A stretch of 64,000 bases of DNA from a virus (IMGVR_UViG_3300037010_001838), one strand, 5' to 3'; counted from the first letter of the stretch, positions 1 to 10,463 are shown. The notes: generated by a model not told the origin, from the letters alone. Translations and numbers: made by a program.

Positions 1-106
1 TTTCCATATTCCAGAATGGGTAATAATTATTTTGACCACTACCACCTTCGTTTGTATCTGCTTTTTTGAATTGTGCCCGTAGGGCCTCCATTGAGAGTTG
101 AGCCAT
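1..106 (-). CDS. 5' part of gp32-like single-stranded DNA-binding protein (runs off window start)
   Basis: Not in ORF track. ATG at 106 with AAGGAG SD reads MAQLSMEALRAQFKKADTNEGGGSGQNNYYPFWNME; the NNYYPFW motif resembles the N-terminus of large-phage gp32-like SSBs. Confidence 0.6.
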   Translation of the reverse strand, partial: MAQLSMEALRAQFKKADTNEGGSGQNNYYPFWNME

Positions 107-286
107 TGTTGTTCTCCTTTTCGCTTTTCTCGTTATATCTACATTTAAGTAGTTTTTCTTCTTTTTAGTTTTCACTTCTAATATAATACAAATTATTTTA
201 ATTCACATCAAGGGTTGTGATAAAATATATTTCAATATCTTATCACATGAGTATTTATGATGTGACCCTCAACAGACACCAATAAA

Positions 287-937
287 TTAATGTCTTTTTT
301 CCCAAACCACTTCAAAGTCTGGACATTCTAAAAACATTTGTGGGTCCAAATTTCCGTCTGCTGAAATCATTGCTTCAAAGTTTGCAAAGTTTGTTAAATA
401 ATCTGGGTCACCTTTCAAAGCATCACGAACCAACTCCACACAAGAAAGAGCGTTGTCATCTGCAAGATTGAATAAAGTATCATAAGGACGTCCTAGATAT
501 GTTTTCGATGCGTCTAAAACTGCTGTCCAGTCTGATAAAGGCATATATTTAGGTTTTAATAATGCAACTGAACTAGTCTGATTATCAAATACAGCACTAA
601 ATCCTGAATAATGAACACCAGTTCCCGTAGCTTCGATAAACCTATAACTATCATCCGATTCTACTGTATCTTCAAGGTTCATGAATACATGACCGTAATA
701 CCCTCTTTTTCCAGTTAACACACAATGAGCAATTTCTATGGCGTAAGTGGACAAATGTCCATTGTGTCTTGAAGCGATTATGTAATAGTTATCTACTAAC
801 AATTTTCGAATTTCGTCAAATTCTTCTGGAGTTAACGTTTTTTTAGTAACCCAATTAATTTTTCCAATTGTAGCCGAAATGAAATTTTTTATATTATTAC
901 ACGTCGTTGTTAACACACCTTTTGCTTTTGTCCACAT
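287..937 (-). CDS. Permuted papain-like amidase (YiiX/YebB-type NlpC/P60)
   Basis: His motif YYGHVF and FIEATGTGV precede LGRPYD and the Cys motif LSCVELV, i.e. the circularly permuted order. Confidence 0.75.
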   Translation of the reverse strand: MWTKAKGVLTTTCNNIKNFISATIGKINWVTKKTLTPEEFDEIRKLLVDNYYIIASRHNGHLSTYAIEIAHCVLTGKRGYYGHVFMNLEDTVESDDSYRFIEATGTGVHYSGFSAVFDNQTSSVALLKPKYMPLSDWTAVLDASKTYLGRPYDTLFNLADDNALSCVELVRDALKGDPDYLTNFANFEAMISADGNLDPQMFLECPDFEVVWEKRH

Positions 938-952
938 TACGTTCTCCTTATA

Positions 953-1414
953 TTATGCCATCGGAACTTCTTCTGGTTGAATTGGAGCAGTTAAAATAGT
1001 ATTTGCTCTACCCGGTCCAATTAATCCATACGTTTCAAGAGCCTGAACTCCAGCAATCGTGTCTGGACGTGCAAGATTTATATTTGACGCAGTTGATATA
1101 TCTGTAGCCATTACCCGAAGGGCTGCAGATAATTGTCTTGTTGCTGCTGGCGCTGTGGGGTTGTCTATTGACGCTAAATCAATTGTAACTTTTTCTGTTT
1201 GTGTGAAACGATTTCTAAATGCTAGCTTTGTGATTATTGTGTTATTTACTGTAACATCTGGGTTAGCACCAATCCATGCATCTAGTGTTGCTTGATCGGG
1301 AATTGGAGAACCTGCATCCCAAACGAGATCAGAATACACAGAACCATCACCAAGTGCGTGACACTGAACTGCTGGGAAACCGATTCCAATTGCTTGTATG
1401 TACGTCATTGCCAT
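953..1414 (-). CDS. Tail-fibre-associated protein (possible fibre chaperone)
   Basis: ITKLAFRNRFTQTEK...PDTIAGVQALE...GRANTIL pattern typical of small genes beside phage fibre genes; context. Confidence 0.45.
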   Translation of the reverse strand: MAMTYIQAIGIGFPAVQCHALGDGSVYSDLVWDAGSPIPDQATLDAWIGANPDVTVNNTIITKLAFRNRFTQTEKVTIDLASIDNPTAPAATRQLSAALRVMATDISTASNINLARPDTIAGVQALETYGLIGPGRANTILTAPIQPEEVPMA

Positions 1415-1470
1415 TTTTTATCTCCTAATTTTGTGTATTTATGGGTAAATGTTAATTTATTGTTTAAATT

Positions 1471-2274
1471 TTACTTAAATTCAATAATTATATAATTGCT
1501 GTCTCCACTTCCTCCTAGACTTGCAGTTGAACCTCTATTAACGTAAGATGTCCCTGAACCATTGGCTCCAAGTCTTGCGGAATAAGTAACTGTTGAAACT
1601 GAACCAGGGTTGTCTGTTCTTGATATTGTTGTATTAATTGGTCTTCCTGCAGTTCCAACGTTAGCAGAGGTAGCTCCAATTAACGTGGTATTACGAAATA
1701 CAGTAGTTGTTATTGTTCTATTGGACGTTGAATTATCCAACATTAAACTAAACAATATCATCACGGTAGAATCAGGGAGAAGTGGCGTAAATGGTTGACT
1801 CCAAATTTGAAAACCTCCAGAAGAACTTGGAGTTGTATTATCATAAGGAATTTGTGCTGTTCCTGTTTGATTAGGAATATTTCCTGTAATTAACTGGACA
1901 ACCTGACCGAAAGGAATCCATTGTGTTGTATATCGTTCATAATTTCCTAAATCTGTATTTCCTCTAATCATTCCGAATGTAGGAGATGCTGGACGTTGTG
2001 CAGTTGTTCCCACAGGAACAGTAATTGAACCTGTTCCTGAAAACACTTGATTTGGACCAACACCGCCAATTAATATCCAACTTGTGCCTGTATCTTGATA
2101 CATTGCTGCTGCATCTGTTGCAATGTAAATATTCCCTGTATTGCCAAATGAAGGACGAGCTGATAAAAGTCCAGAAGACATTTGAGGATTCCCACCACCA
2201 TTTAATAATACAAGTTTTCCGTTAACGTCTGGTGTATTTGAAAAACTATATGAACCTAAAACTGGAGTTGACAT
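1471..2274 (-). CDS. Tail fibre/appendage protein
   Basis: VPVGTTAQRP...GMIRGNT fibre module; G/S/T-rich; late promoter upstream. Confidence 0.6.
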   Translation of the reverse strand: MSTPVLGSYSFSNTPDVNGKLVLLNGGGNPQMSSGLLSARPSFGNTGNIYIATDAAAMYQDTGTSWILIGGVGPNQVFSGTGSITVPVGTTAQRPASPTFGMIRGNTDLGNYERYTTQWIPFGQVVQLITGNIPNQTGTAQIPYDNTTPSSSGGFQIWSQPFTPLLPDSTVMILFSLMLDNSTSNRTITTTVFRNTTLIGATSANVGTAGRPINTTISRTDNPGSVSTVTYSARLGANGSGTSYVNRGSTASLGGSGDSNYIIIEFK

Positions 2275-2306
2275 TTAAAATTCCTTTTAACAAATGTATT
2301 TATATT

Positions 2307-3374
2307 TTATCCAAGTAAAAATCTTGTATCACACTGAGCATAATCTTGAACATACGTTGAAGACACATATCCTGTTCCTGTAGTTGTAAGTGACATAACG
2401 TTCCCATTTCCACTATAATCAACACATGAAGTTACAATTGCGTCAACTGGATTTTCATTAAAATCGTATCTTCCAACTAATCCGTATGTTATTCCATCAC
2501 TCATTCCTTCAGTAGTATAAATTGTTTGAATTTCTTCAGAAGACAACAAACGATTAAAATAATAAACATCATCAACTTTAGTATTATTTGATTCAGCACC
2601 TGTAGAACCAGGTATTACAGGGTATCCATTTACATAAATCATCGTAGGCGATCCTGCTATCTGAATCGCATTTGAAGCAGTGTTGTTGAGAAGTCCATTG
2701 ATATAAATACTATGAATTTGAGTCCCGGCTGTTCCTACTCCATTTGATGAAACTGTGCAACTGTATGCATAATGAACCCATGTATCGATGGGAGAAATAT
2801 ATCTTCCATTTATTGTACCAGAAGCTGCAGTTTGGGCAGGTTGAACTACATATGTTCCTGTTCCTCCTGAACCAGTCAATTGTGCAACAATCTGAGTTCC
2901 ATTTTGAATATTAGTTCCGGATATCCCCTTCCCCACAACAACTGTTCCAGATGTTACACCAGTCACTGTTAAAGTATTACCAGAAATGGAACCAGTAACA
3001 ACAAAAGTAGGAGAAATTGTCCCTGTCAATCCAACACCATTTGAAGTTACTAAGTTTGCTCCTCCCCATGTCCAACATGTTAACGTTCCTGGAGCAGTTG
3101 AACCTGTGCCACCTTGATTCATGCCCATCTGCATACCAGTTGTAGTTGTTCCATTTTGTTGTTGATTGGAACCATTGTATACTCCAACCATACTTGATGC
3201 TGTACCACCACCTCCACTTGTTGCGGCAATAGAAGCCGTATTCATCCAAAACATCATGGTATATGCTCCCGTTGTATCAACAGGAATATTAGGAACTCCG
3301 GTGGTTTTTAAAGGATATGCAGATAAAAATGAAGCGTTTCCTGAGGATGTTGCTCTATAATTTTGAAGTGCCAT
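2307..3374 (-). CDS. LamG/concanavalin A-like lectin-domain virion protein
   Basis: YTMMFWMN...WVHYAYS...IYINGLLN...VDDVYYFNRLLSSEEIQTIY LamG-like motifs. Confidence 0.7.
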   Translation of the reverse strand: MALQNYRATSSGNASFLSAYPLKTTGVPNIPVDTTGAYTMMFWMNTASIAATSGGGGTASSMVGVYNGSNQQQNGTTTTGMQMGMNQGGTGSTAPGTLTCWTWGGANLVTSNGVGLTGTISPTFVVTGSISGNTLTVTGVTSGTVVVGKGISGTNIQNGTQIVAQLTGSGGTGTYVVQPAQTAASGTINGRYISPIDTWVHYAYSCTVSSNGVGTAGTQIHSIYINGLLNNTASNAIQIAGSPTMIYVNGYPVIPGSTGAESNNTKVDDVYYFNRLLSSEEIQTIYTTEGMSDGITYGLVGRYDFNENPVDAIVTSCVDYSGNGNVMSLTTTGTGYVSSTYVQDYAQCDTRFLLG

Positions 3375-3385
3375 ATTTTATCCTA

Positions 3386-4474
3386 TTAAGTAAACGCTAA
3401 ACTAATTTCAGATAATAACCAATTACTTGCAAGATTTCCTGAAACACTATTGTTTCTTGTAAACTCAAATTGATAAAGAGTTCCAGGTGTAAGCGATAAA
3501 GACGCTAGTGTTACCGTTTGCGAATAATACTGAAAATAGTTGTTTGTTGGAACAGATAACACTCCAAGCGTAGAGATTAAATTCCAGGAACTAATAGGTC
3601 CATTATTTGGAAGACTTCTAACATAAAGTTTGGGTTGTATGGATGCCGTTGTTCCTGGAGCGGTTTGTGCCCTCCCCTTATAATAAAACGTTAAATTTGT
3701 TGCGCCTAATGGAATTGATACATAACACCCAACTCCCTGTTCAACAGTATTTGAAAATTGGCGAACATTTAAACCAATATTATTCGGATCGGTTACAGTA
3801 GGAGCAAGAGCATTAACAGCCCAATCTGCATTATTTGGTGAATCTAAACTAGCTGGGAAATACGTAAATGTTCTGAGAGGTGGAATAATTGAAGTTAATC
3901 CAGTAATATCTGAAGGAACAAGAGTAACTGCACCCGTTTTCCCCGCAACAGATGTTACGGCTCCAGAACCAACGACAGTTAAACCATTTGCAACGATAAC
4001 GATTCTGATCTGTCTTGTATTTCCTGCAACCTTAACAGTTACTGTATTTGTAGAAGTCAACACAACACTATCCGCCTGAATTAAAGTGTTTGTGGAATTA
4101 TCGAACAAAGAAACAACAACGTTTTGTGTTCCAAGATTATGAGTTACATCTGCAGAATATATGTTTCCCGAAACGAGTGTCCATGATGAAATTACAGTAG
4201 AATAAGAGCTTGGAGTAGTGGCATTATTAACCCACACGCTTCCATTGTAATACAAGACCTGTCCAGTTGTGGGTGATGTTAGATTAACATCTGTTAATCC
4301 AGATAATGCTTCTGGTGGTCCAACTTGAACAACAGAATCGGTTCCATTGTTCTTTTTAATATACATCTTACCATCATACGTATTAATGGCAATTTCACCC
4401 AACTGCAAATCAGTAGTAGATGGAACCTTCGCTGCAACTGCTGATCTTTTAATTAAAATTGTATTTGTAGCCAT
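3386..4474 (-). CDS. Tail fibre/appendage protein
   Basis: N-terminal ILIKRS..KVP..L.LGEIAINTYDGKMY anchor-like module shared with 4606..7692. Confidence 0.65.
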   Translation of the reverse strand: MATNTILIKRSAVAAKVPSTTDLQLGEIAINTYDGKMYIKKNNGTDSVVQVGPPEALSGLTDVNLTSPTTGQVLYYNGSVWVNNATTPSSYSTVISSWTLVSGNIYSADVTHNLGTQNVVVSLFDNSTNTLIQADSVVLTSTNTVTVKVAGNTRQIRIVIVANGLTVVGSGAVTSVAGKTGAVTLVPSDITGLTSIIPPLRTFTYFPASLDSPNNADWAVNALAPTVTDPNNIGLNVRQFSNTVEQGVGCYVSIPLGATNLTFYYKGRAQTAPGTTASIQPKLYVRSLPNNGPISSWNLISTLGVLSVPTNNYFQYYSQTVTLASLSLTPGTLYQFEFTRNNSVSGNLASNWLLSEISLAFT

Positions 4475-4559
4475 ATGGCCCTCCTATATAGGGAAATACC
4501 TTGTATATACAAGGTTTTATTACTTAATATACCTTTTATGATCATACGGTTTATGTCTT

Positions 4560-4594
4560 CTATGAATACTTCTCCATAAAAGAAGTATTCATAG
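4560..4594. terminator. 13-bp inverted repeat, probable terminator
   Basis: CTATGAATACTTC-tccataaaa-GAAGTATTCATAG immediately after the stop of 4606..7692. Confidence 0.55.
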
Positions 4595-4605
4595 TATTAA
4601 AATGT

Positions 4606-7600
4606 CTAAAAAGTTCCTCCGTCAATAACCTGTCCAACGATCATTGCATCTGTAATTCCATAACCAACAGTAGTTGTTGGAGTTGTGGTAACTTGTGAGA
4701 ATGGAACTGTAAGATTCACTGCAGTTCCAATTGAAGTTATTAAACCTTTAGCATTAACTGTAATTGGATAGTGTTTTGAACCATCTGTGTTATACGTTCC
4801 AGCAACAACACCACTATTTGCAAGTGTTAACGGAATGCTTGTTGTTCCAGAACCAGTCGCATCACCTGTACAAGTAATTGTTTGATTTCCAGTTAAATAT
4901 GCAGTTGTGGACGCAGCAGTTACCTGACCTTGGGCGTTCACACTAAATGTATTATACCCAGAACCTGCAGTAACTGCAGTGTTTGTAATACTAAATGTGT
5001 TTCCAGTTAACGTTAAACCTGTTCCAGCAGTATATGTATTAGCTCCAGTAAACTGTGAGAACGTAAGGTTTGTTGTTCCTACTATAATTGGGCCAGAAAC
5101 TGACTCTGTCCAACCAGTACTATTTAAAGTTGTTCCTTGATCGACATAAACTGCCATACCAGCAACTTGAGCAGAAGTTGTTGCATCTGTAGCACGACCC
5201 CAAGCACCAGCAGCAACAACGTAGATACCATTTTGGGAGGCTGTTGTTTGATTCTTAACGAGAACGCGGTCTCCAGCTATAACTGCAACACCATCAATTG
5301 TTTGTGTTCCAGAAAGGGTAATATTTGCTGTAGTTGCAACCTTAACAGATTCTTTCCAAGATAAGCCGGCAACTGCATTATCAACGTATTGTTTTGTGGC
5401 AGCTCCAAGAGCAACTGTTGGATCTCCAGAAAGAACCAATAAACCAGTCATTGTGTCTCCAGCCTTGTTGACTGGAGAGAAACCCAAAGCTGTTGTTACG
5501 TCTGTTGAAGTCAATGTTACTACACCAGTTCTTGTATTAAATGAAAGCACACCAGTGTTACCAAATGTTATGTTTCCTGTTGCACTTGAAACACTAATTC
5601 CCGAACCTGCAACAGCTGACAACACACCAGTGTTTGAAATTGTTACTGTTCCAGTTGCACTAGACACTCCAATACCGGAACCTGCAACGTTTGATGTTAC
5701 ACCAGTATTTGTTATTGTTAATGTCCCTGTTCCGTTTGTTACACTAACACCGGAACCTGCTGAAACTGTTTTATATTCAAGTCCAGTAGCTCCAGAGTTA
5801 ACTCCAAGAATTTGGTAAGCAGAACCAATTGAGGATAAACCAGTTCCACCATAACCAGTAGCAACTGTTGAACCATTCCAGGTACCAGAAGTGATTGTTC
5901 CAACTGTTACGATTGAACTACTACCTGCAACAGGAGCACGAGAAGTGTCTGTTGGGTGAATGTGGTCTTGACGTGAATATAAATAAGAAGTTCCAACTGC
6001 AACTGTCCCATCCATAATTGGATTTGATGTGCCTGCTTGACCAAGGACAAATGCTGTTGTGGCAATTTGTGTTGTATTAGTATTTGAAGGCGCAGTGGGG
6101 GCAGTAGGAGTTCCCGTAAAAGACGGAGAAGCAAGTAACGCATAAGACGCTGCTGGTGTTCCACCTAAACTTGTTGCATTTGCAGCAGTCCCAGTAATGC
6201 TAATTCCCCAAGTGCCAGAAGCTCCTGTACCAGTTAATGTAGGAGCATATACAGAGTTTATGTCTGTAATACCATATCCCGCAACCGTTGTTGGTTTGCT
6301 TGTAATTGAACTAAAGGATGGAGTAATTGTGACTGCAGCACCAGTTGCTGTTACACGTCCTTTTGCATCAACCGTAAATGGTGTAACTGCTGTTGCACTA
6401 TTATTATACGTGCCTGCTGTAACTCCAGAGTTTGCAAGAGTTAACGTAATAGCAGTTGTACCTGAACCTGTGGCATCCCCTGAACACGTAATCGTTTGAT
6501 TTCCAGTTAAATATGCTGTCGTAGAAGCTAGTGTGACCTGACCCTGGGCATTAACACTGAAAGTATTGTAACCGGAACCGGCTGTTACTGTAGTGTTTGT
6601 AATACTAAAAGCGTTTCCAGTTAATGTTAAACCTGTTCCGGCAGTATATGTTCCAGCACCTGTAAATTGTGAAAACACAATATTTGTAGTTCCAACTACA
6701 ATTGCACCTGACGTTGTTTGTGTCCAACCCGTATTTGCTTGAGTTGTTCCTTGGTCAACGTATACTGTCAACCCTTGGAATTCAGCATTTGCATCTGCAT
6801 CTATTGAACGTGTCCAAGTACCTGTCCCAGCAACATAAATACCATTTTGAGTTGCATTTGTTTGATTTTTAACAAGAACGCGTTCACCATCAACTGTTGT
6901 GTGGCCATCAATAGATTGGAGACCCGAAAGGGTAATATTTGCTGTAGTTGCACACGTAACGGCTTCTTTCCAAGACAAACCAGCAATAGCATTATCAACA
7001 TATTGTTTTGTTGCAGCACCAAGAGCCACAGAAGGATCTCCAGAAAGAATCAACAAACCAGTCATTGTGTCTCCAGCCTTGTTGACTGGTGTATATCCTA
7101 ACGCTGTTGTAATATCACTAGAACCAACTGCTGTGGTTCCAGTAACTAAACCTTTGGAACTTCTTGTAAATTTTAAGAATGTTCCCGAACCACCATCAAC
7201 AATAGTTGCAAGTGTTGTTGTAATTGCTGTTGTACCCGAACCAGAGACGTCTCCAGATAATGTAATTGTTTCGTTTCCAGAAAGAGGAGTATACCCAAGA
7301 GCTGTACTAATATCAGACGATAATAATGTTATGGCACCTGTTCTCCCAAATACTGAAGTGACTGGGAATGTAATTGCAACTGAAGAGGCTGCTGTAACTA
7401 AACCTTTTCCGTTTACTGTAAATGCTCCAACATGAGTACTATCTCCAAAAGAACCTGTATTTGAATTAACTGTTGCTAACGTAAGAGTAACAGCGTCACC
7501 ACTTACTGAACCGGATACGTCACCAGAGTAAGTATATGCTCCAACCTGAATAATACTATCAACACCGTTGTTGATGTGCATATACATTTTGCCGTCATAC

Positions 7601-7692
7601 GTATTTAATCCAACTTCACCAATCGCGATATCGGATGTTGTTGGAACTTTACCTTGTGTTGCTGTTCTTTTTAAGAGAATTTGATTTGACAT
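4606..7692 (-). CDS. Long tail fibre protein with internal duplication
   Basis: 1028 aa, T/G/S-rich, VNKAGDTMTG and AATKQYVDNA fibre motifs, anchor-like N-terminus, ~228-aa block present twice. Confidence 0.75.
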   Translation of the reverse strand: MSNQILLKRTATQGKVPTTSDIAIGEVGLNTYDGKMYMHINNGVDSIIQVGAYTYSGDVSGSVSGDAVTLTLATVNSNTGSFGDSTHVGAFTVNGKGLVTAASSVAITFPVTSVFGRTGAITLLSSDISTALGYTPLSGNETITLSGDVSGSGTTAITTTLATIVDGGSGTFLKFTRSSKGLVTGTTAVGSSDITTALGYTPVNKAGDTMTGLLILSGDPSVALGAATKQYVDNAIAGLSWKEAVTCATTANITLSGLQSIDGHTTVDGERVLVKNQTNATQNGIYVAGTGTWTRSIDADANAEFQGLTVYVDQGTTQANTGWTQTTSGAIVVGTTNIVFSQFTGAGTYTAGTGLTLTGNAFSITNTTVTAGSGYNTFSVNAQGQVTLASTTAYLTGNQTITCSGDATGSGTTAITLTLANSGVTAGTYNNSATAVTPFTVDAKGRVTATGAAVTITPSFSSITSKPTTVAGYGITDINSVYAPTLTGTGASGTWGISITGTAANATSLGGTPAASYALLASPSFTGTPTAPTAPSNTNTTQIATTAFVLGQAGTSNPIMDGTVAVGTSYLYSRQDHIHPTDTSRAPVAGSSSIVTVGTITSGTWNGSTVATGYGGTGLSSIGSAYQILGVNSGATGLEYKTVSAGSGVSVTNGTGTLTITNTGVTSNVAGSGIGVSSATGTVTISNTGVLSAVAGSGISVSSATGNITFGNTGVLSFNTRTGVVTLTSTDVTTALGFSPVNKAGDTMTGLLVLSGDPTVALGAATKQYVDNAVAGLSWKESVKVATTANITLSGTQTIDGVAVIAGDRVLVKNQTTASQNGIYVVAAGAWGRATDATTSAQVAGMAVYVDQGTTLNSTGWTESVSGPIIVGTTNLTFSQFTGANTYTAGTGLTLTGNTFSITNTAVTAGSGYNTFSVNAQGQVTAASTTAYLTGNQTITCTGDATGSGTTSIPLTLANSGVVAGTYNTDGSKHYPITVNAKGLITSIGTAVNLTVPFSQVTTTPTTTVGYGITDAMIVGQVIDGGTF
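4789..7086 (-). repeat. ~684-bp intragenic duplication (about 6403-7086 and 4789-5472)
   Basis: Both copies run from VNKAGDTMTG to ANSGV.AGTYN with high amino-acid identity. Confidence 0.85.
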
Positions 7693-7713
7693 ATATTTTT
7701 CCTGTTGTTATGA

Positions 7714-8265
7714 TCAAAATGTTCCTGCATCTAATGATATTTCTAAATCTTGTGCTGATGTTACTCTTCCAGTACTGTCTACGGTAAACTGTCCAACTGA
7801 ACTTACAGTTCCATAAATTCCTGGAGTTACTCCGTTGTCCTTTAACGTTGTATTTATACTAACATTAGTAGAACCATCAAATGATGTGTTACCTATTACA
7901 TCATTAGTAAGTGAAATATTGACAGGAGTTGCAAGCTTTACAGCTTCTGCAACTGATCCAGTTGAAATTGCATTATTAATCTGTGTAGATGACCACAGAA
8001 TATTGGTTCCAGTAGATGAATCGTCTACAACTGTCTCGTTTGACGATATGTCTGTAACAACAGGGCAAACAAACGTAGATAGTAAATTTTCGAATGCTGT
8101 TTGTTGTTCTGTATCTAATGTGGTTTCAAAATAAAATTGAAGTTGTGGAGAACCATCATCCACAATCTGTTCGAGTAATATACCAATTGTTGGTGTATTA
8201 TTGATTGCATCAAGTAATGCCCCAACGCACGTTGTATAATATGTTGGACTATATATTGTTGACAT
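7714..8265 (-). CDS. Fibre-related structural protein
   Basis: C-terminal GVTPGIYG...FTVDSTGRVTSA resembles segments of the neighbouring long fibre. Confidence 0.5.
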   Translation of the reverse strand: MSTIYSPTYYTTCVGALLDAINNTPTIGILLEQIVDDGSPQLQFYFETTLDTEQQTAFENLLSTFVCPVVTDISSNETVVDDSSTGTNILWSSTQINNAISTGSVAEAVKLATPVNISLTNDVIGNTSFDGSTNVSINTTLKDNGVTPGIYGTVSSVGQFTVDSTGRVTSAQDLEISLDAGTF

Positions 8266-8270
8266 TTAAT

Positions 8271-8894
8271 TTACCTTTCCATCACAATATTTAGCCTACA
8301 CCCATTTACTTGTGTTACAAGAGAGCCACTCCCGCTAAACCGAGAACTCGCAACCTTTATCGTGTCTCCAGAAGAAGCAGGAACCATAATAGAAGAAGAA
8401 ACAGTAAAAACTCCATTAGATGAAGCTGAATGATTACTATATGATAAAGAACCAGGAACAATAACATTATTTTTGTAAATCCCTGTTTGACTTGCTGTTA
8501 CGTTGTTGGTTGTTGATGCAAATGAAACATCAAAATTGATTAAATAATTTCCTGTATTGTTAATAGTTATAACACCAGAATTATATGTATAATTGCTGTC
8601 AGTACGAACATTTGTCCCAAACAACAATGTTGTTAGTGTTGTTGAAAATGTTTGTGAAACGTTTCCATTATGTCTTGATAAAATAACAGATGTTGTTGTT
8701 AATAACATCCAATTAGTATCCAACGGGCCAGTTTTTACATATACCCCACTGTTCGTTCCTGAAGAACGAAGAAAAAGAGAACCTTCTGGGGCTTCAAACC
8801 CTACCCCAGAAGGATCAATCGTGCCTTGTGTAATTAAAGTAGCATCAGAAAGTGATAATGTACTAATTCTAAATGCTTTGTCTATATGAGCCAA
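8271..8894 (-). CDS. C1q/BclA-C-like trimeric beta-domain protein
   Basis: YNSGVITINNTGNYLINFDVSF...IYKNN...SGDTIKV pattern. Confidence 0.55.
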   Translation of the reverse strand: MAHIDKAFRISTLSLSDATLITQGTIDPSGVGFEAPEGSLFLRSSGTNSGVYVKTGPLDTNWMLLTTTSVILSRHNGNVSQTFSTTLTTLLFGTNVRTDSNYTYNSGVITINNTGNYLINFDVSFASTTNNVTASQTGIYKNNVIVPGSLSYSNHSASSNGVFTVSSSIMVPASSGDTIKVASSRFSGSGSLVTQVNGCRLNIVMER

Positions 8895-8916
8895 GACTAA
8901 CTTCTCCTTTTATATA

Positions 8917-10017
8917 TTAAATTGCTGTTAAACGTTTAATTTTAATCGTTGTTGCGTTTGTCGTACTAACAGAAAGAACTAAATCTGCAGTTGATAACGA
9001 AACATCAACTGTAAGTCCATCAATTGCAGCACCAAGACTTAAAATGCCGTATTGGTTAAAATCAATGTCTGTTCCATTTGTTGCTGCAAACACTTCAAAA
9101 GCAGACACATCAGCAGCTGTTGTATTATCTTGTACATAAACTAACCACTTTACCATAACAGCGGCGACGGTGTCAGTTACAGCAGATGTTCCACCTGTAC
9201 CAGAAGTTGTTTGTGTTAATGATTCAACATAAGTAGAAATTGCTTGAATGTTTGCATCAGCCGAATTTGTAGAAGTAATAATAGAATTAGTTGTAACACC
9301 AGAACCAATAGCACTATCCAACTGAGTTAATACGTTTGTTATGCTAGTTGGGCTTGTGACGTTGTGAAATGTTGCCCCTGCTACATCAAATGTACCATCA
9401 GACTTAACTAATGGACCCGCTGATGCTTCAATATTATTAACTTCTGTTTGCAAATTTCCAGTAGAAGTTTCAAGATCAGAAACACGAGTTACAAAAGCAG
9501 AGTCAATCCCAATTGTATAACCTGTATCTGTAGAACCTAAAACAGAAATTTCATTTGCAGTACCGGTAACTGTTGAATTTGTGTTGTCTATAATATCAAC
9601 ACCGCTTGCTGTGTTAAATACTAAACCATCATTGACGTTTGCATAGAATGGTGTTCCTGTTCCTACTTGAAACCATCCAGCAGTTGAGACTTTATAATAG
9701 TCACCGGCGTGTGTATTTGAAAGAGTTGTTACATCTAAAGCGTGTGTATTATCTACTCCACCTACAACTGTCCCATAATAAACAAAAGCATTACCCAAAC
9801 TAGTAATATCTGACGATTTTGCTAATTTGGACCATTTATTTGTACCAACACCAGATAAAATCTTTGTATATGAATCCCCGTTTGTATTATCTAAATAAAA
9901 CGAACCTACAGGTGCGAGACTTGGATCACCTGAAGCTCCTGGAGCTCCCGCTCCTTCTAAGATTTGAATATCGTCTAATTGAAGACCTTTTGTAATTTTA
10001 AACATTGATAATGCCAT
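8917..10017 (-). CDS. Putative virion appendage protein
   Basis: T/S/G-rich 366 aa in the fibre cluster; C-terminal domain paralogous to 10087..10449. Confidence 0.5.
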   Translation of the reverse strand: MALSMFKITKGLQLDDIQILEGAGAPGASGDPSLAPVGSFYLDNTNGDSYTKILSGVGTNKWSKLAKSSDITSLGNAFVYYGTVVGGVDNTHALDVTTLSNTHAGDYYKVSTAGWFQVGTGTPFYANVNDGLVFNTASGVDIIDNTNSTVTGTANEISVLGSTDTGYTIGIDSAFVTRVSDLETSTGNLQTEVNNIEASAGPLVKSDGTFDVAGATFHNVTSPTSITNVLTQLDSAIGSGVTTNSIITSTNSADANIQAISTYVESLTQTTSGTGGTSAVTDTVAAVMVKWLVYVQDNTTAADVSAFEVFAATNGTDIDFNQYGILSLGAAIDGLTVDVSLSTADLVLSVSTTNATTIKIKRLTAI

Positions 10018-10086
10018 GATATGTTCCTAAAATGTAGTTAAAAGTTGAAATTCTATTCATAATATTATTTATTATAATTTTATAAT

Positions 10087-10449
10087 TTATAACCCTATGT
10101 GAACAATCGTGACAAAAAAATCAAAAGTATCAAGGTTAATTACGTTCAATACAATTTCATCATTTATGATGCTTATGTCTAAATCAAATTGAATGTTATC
10201 ACCAACTTGACCATAAATTGAGTAAATTGCTTCAGTTCCTTTTTTAATTGCCATTATTTCTGTAGCCGAGACAATAGAAGAATCTGCATTACTTATCGTT
10301 ATAATCCATTTAATTGATACACCTTTTGCAGTGTCAACAAACAAATTTTGGGTAACAGGAATTGTAATGTTATTAGCAATTGTTTGTACAGTACTGCTGG
10401 TTATACTCGGATTGGTTAAAACAAGGGCCATGACATCCTTTCCAGTCAA
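10087..10449 (-). CDS. Hypothetical structural protein
   Basis: TTG start; IKWIITI..SATEIMA..IYGQVG matches the C-terminus of 8917..10017. Confidence 0.5.
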   Translation of the reverse strand: MTGKDVMALVLTNPSITSSTVQTIANNITIPVTQNLFVDTAKGVSIKWIITISNADSSIVSATEIMAIKKGTEAIYSIYGQVGDNIQFDLDISIINDEIVLNVINLDTFDFFVTIVHIGL

Positions 10450-10463
10450 CTCAAAGTTAGATT

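Noticed and set aside
5137-8889. Plus-strand ORFs opposite the fibre genes
   Set aside because: Antisense shadows of T/G/A-rich codon usage, wholly overlapping well-supported genes.
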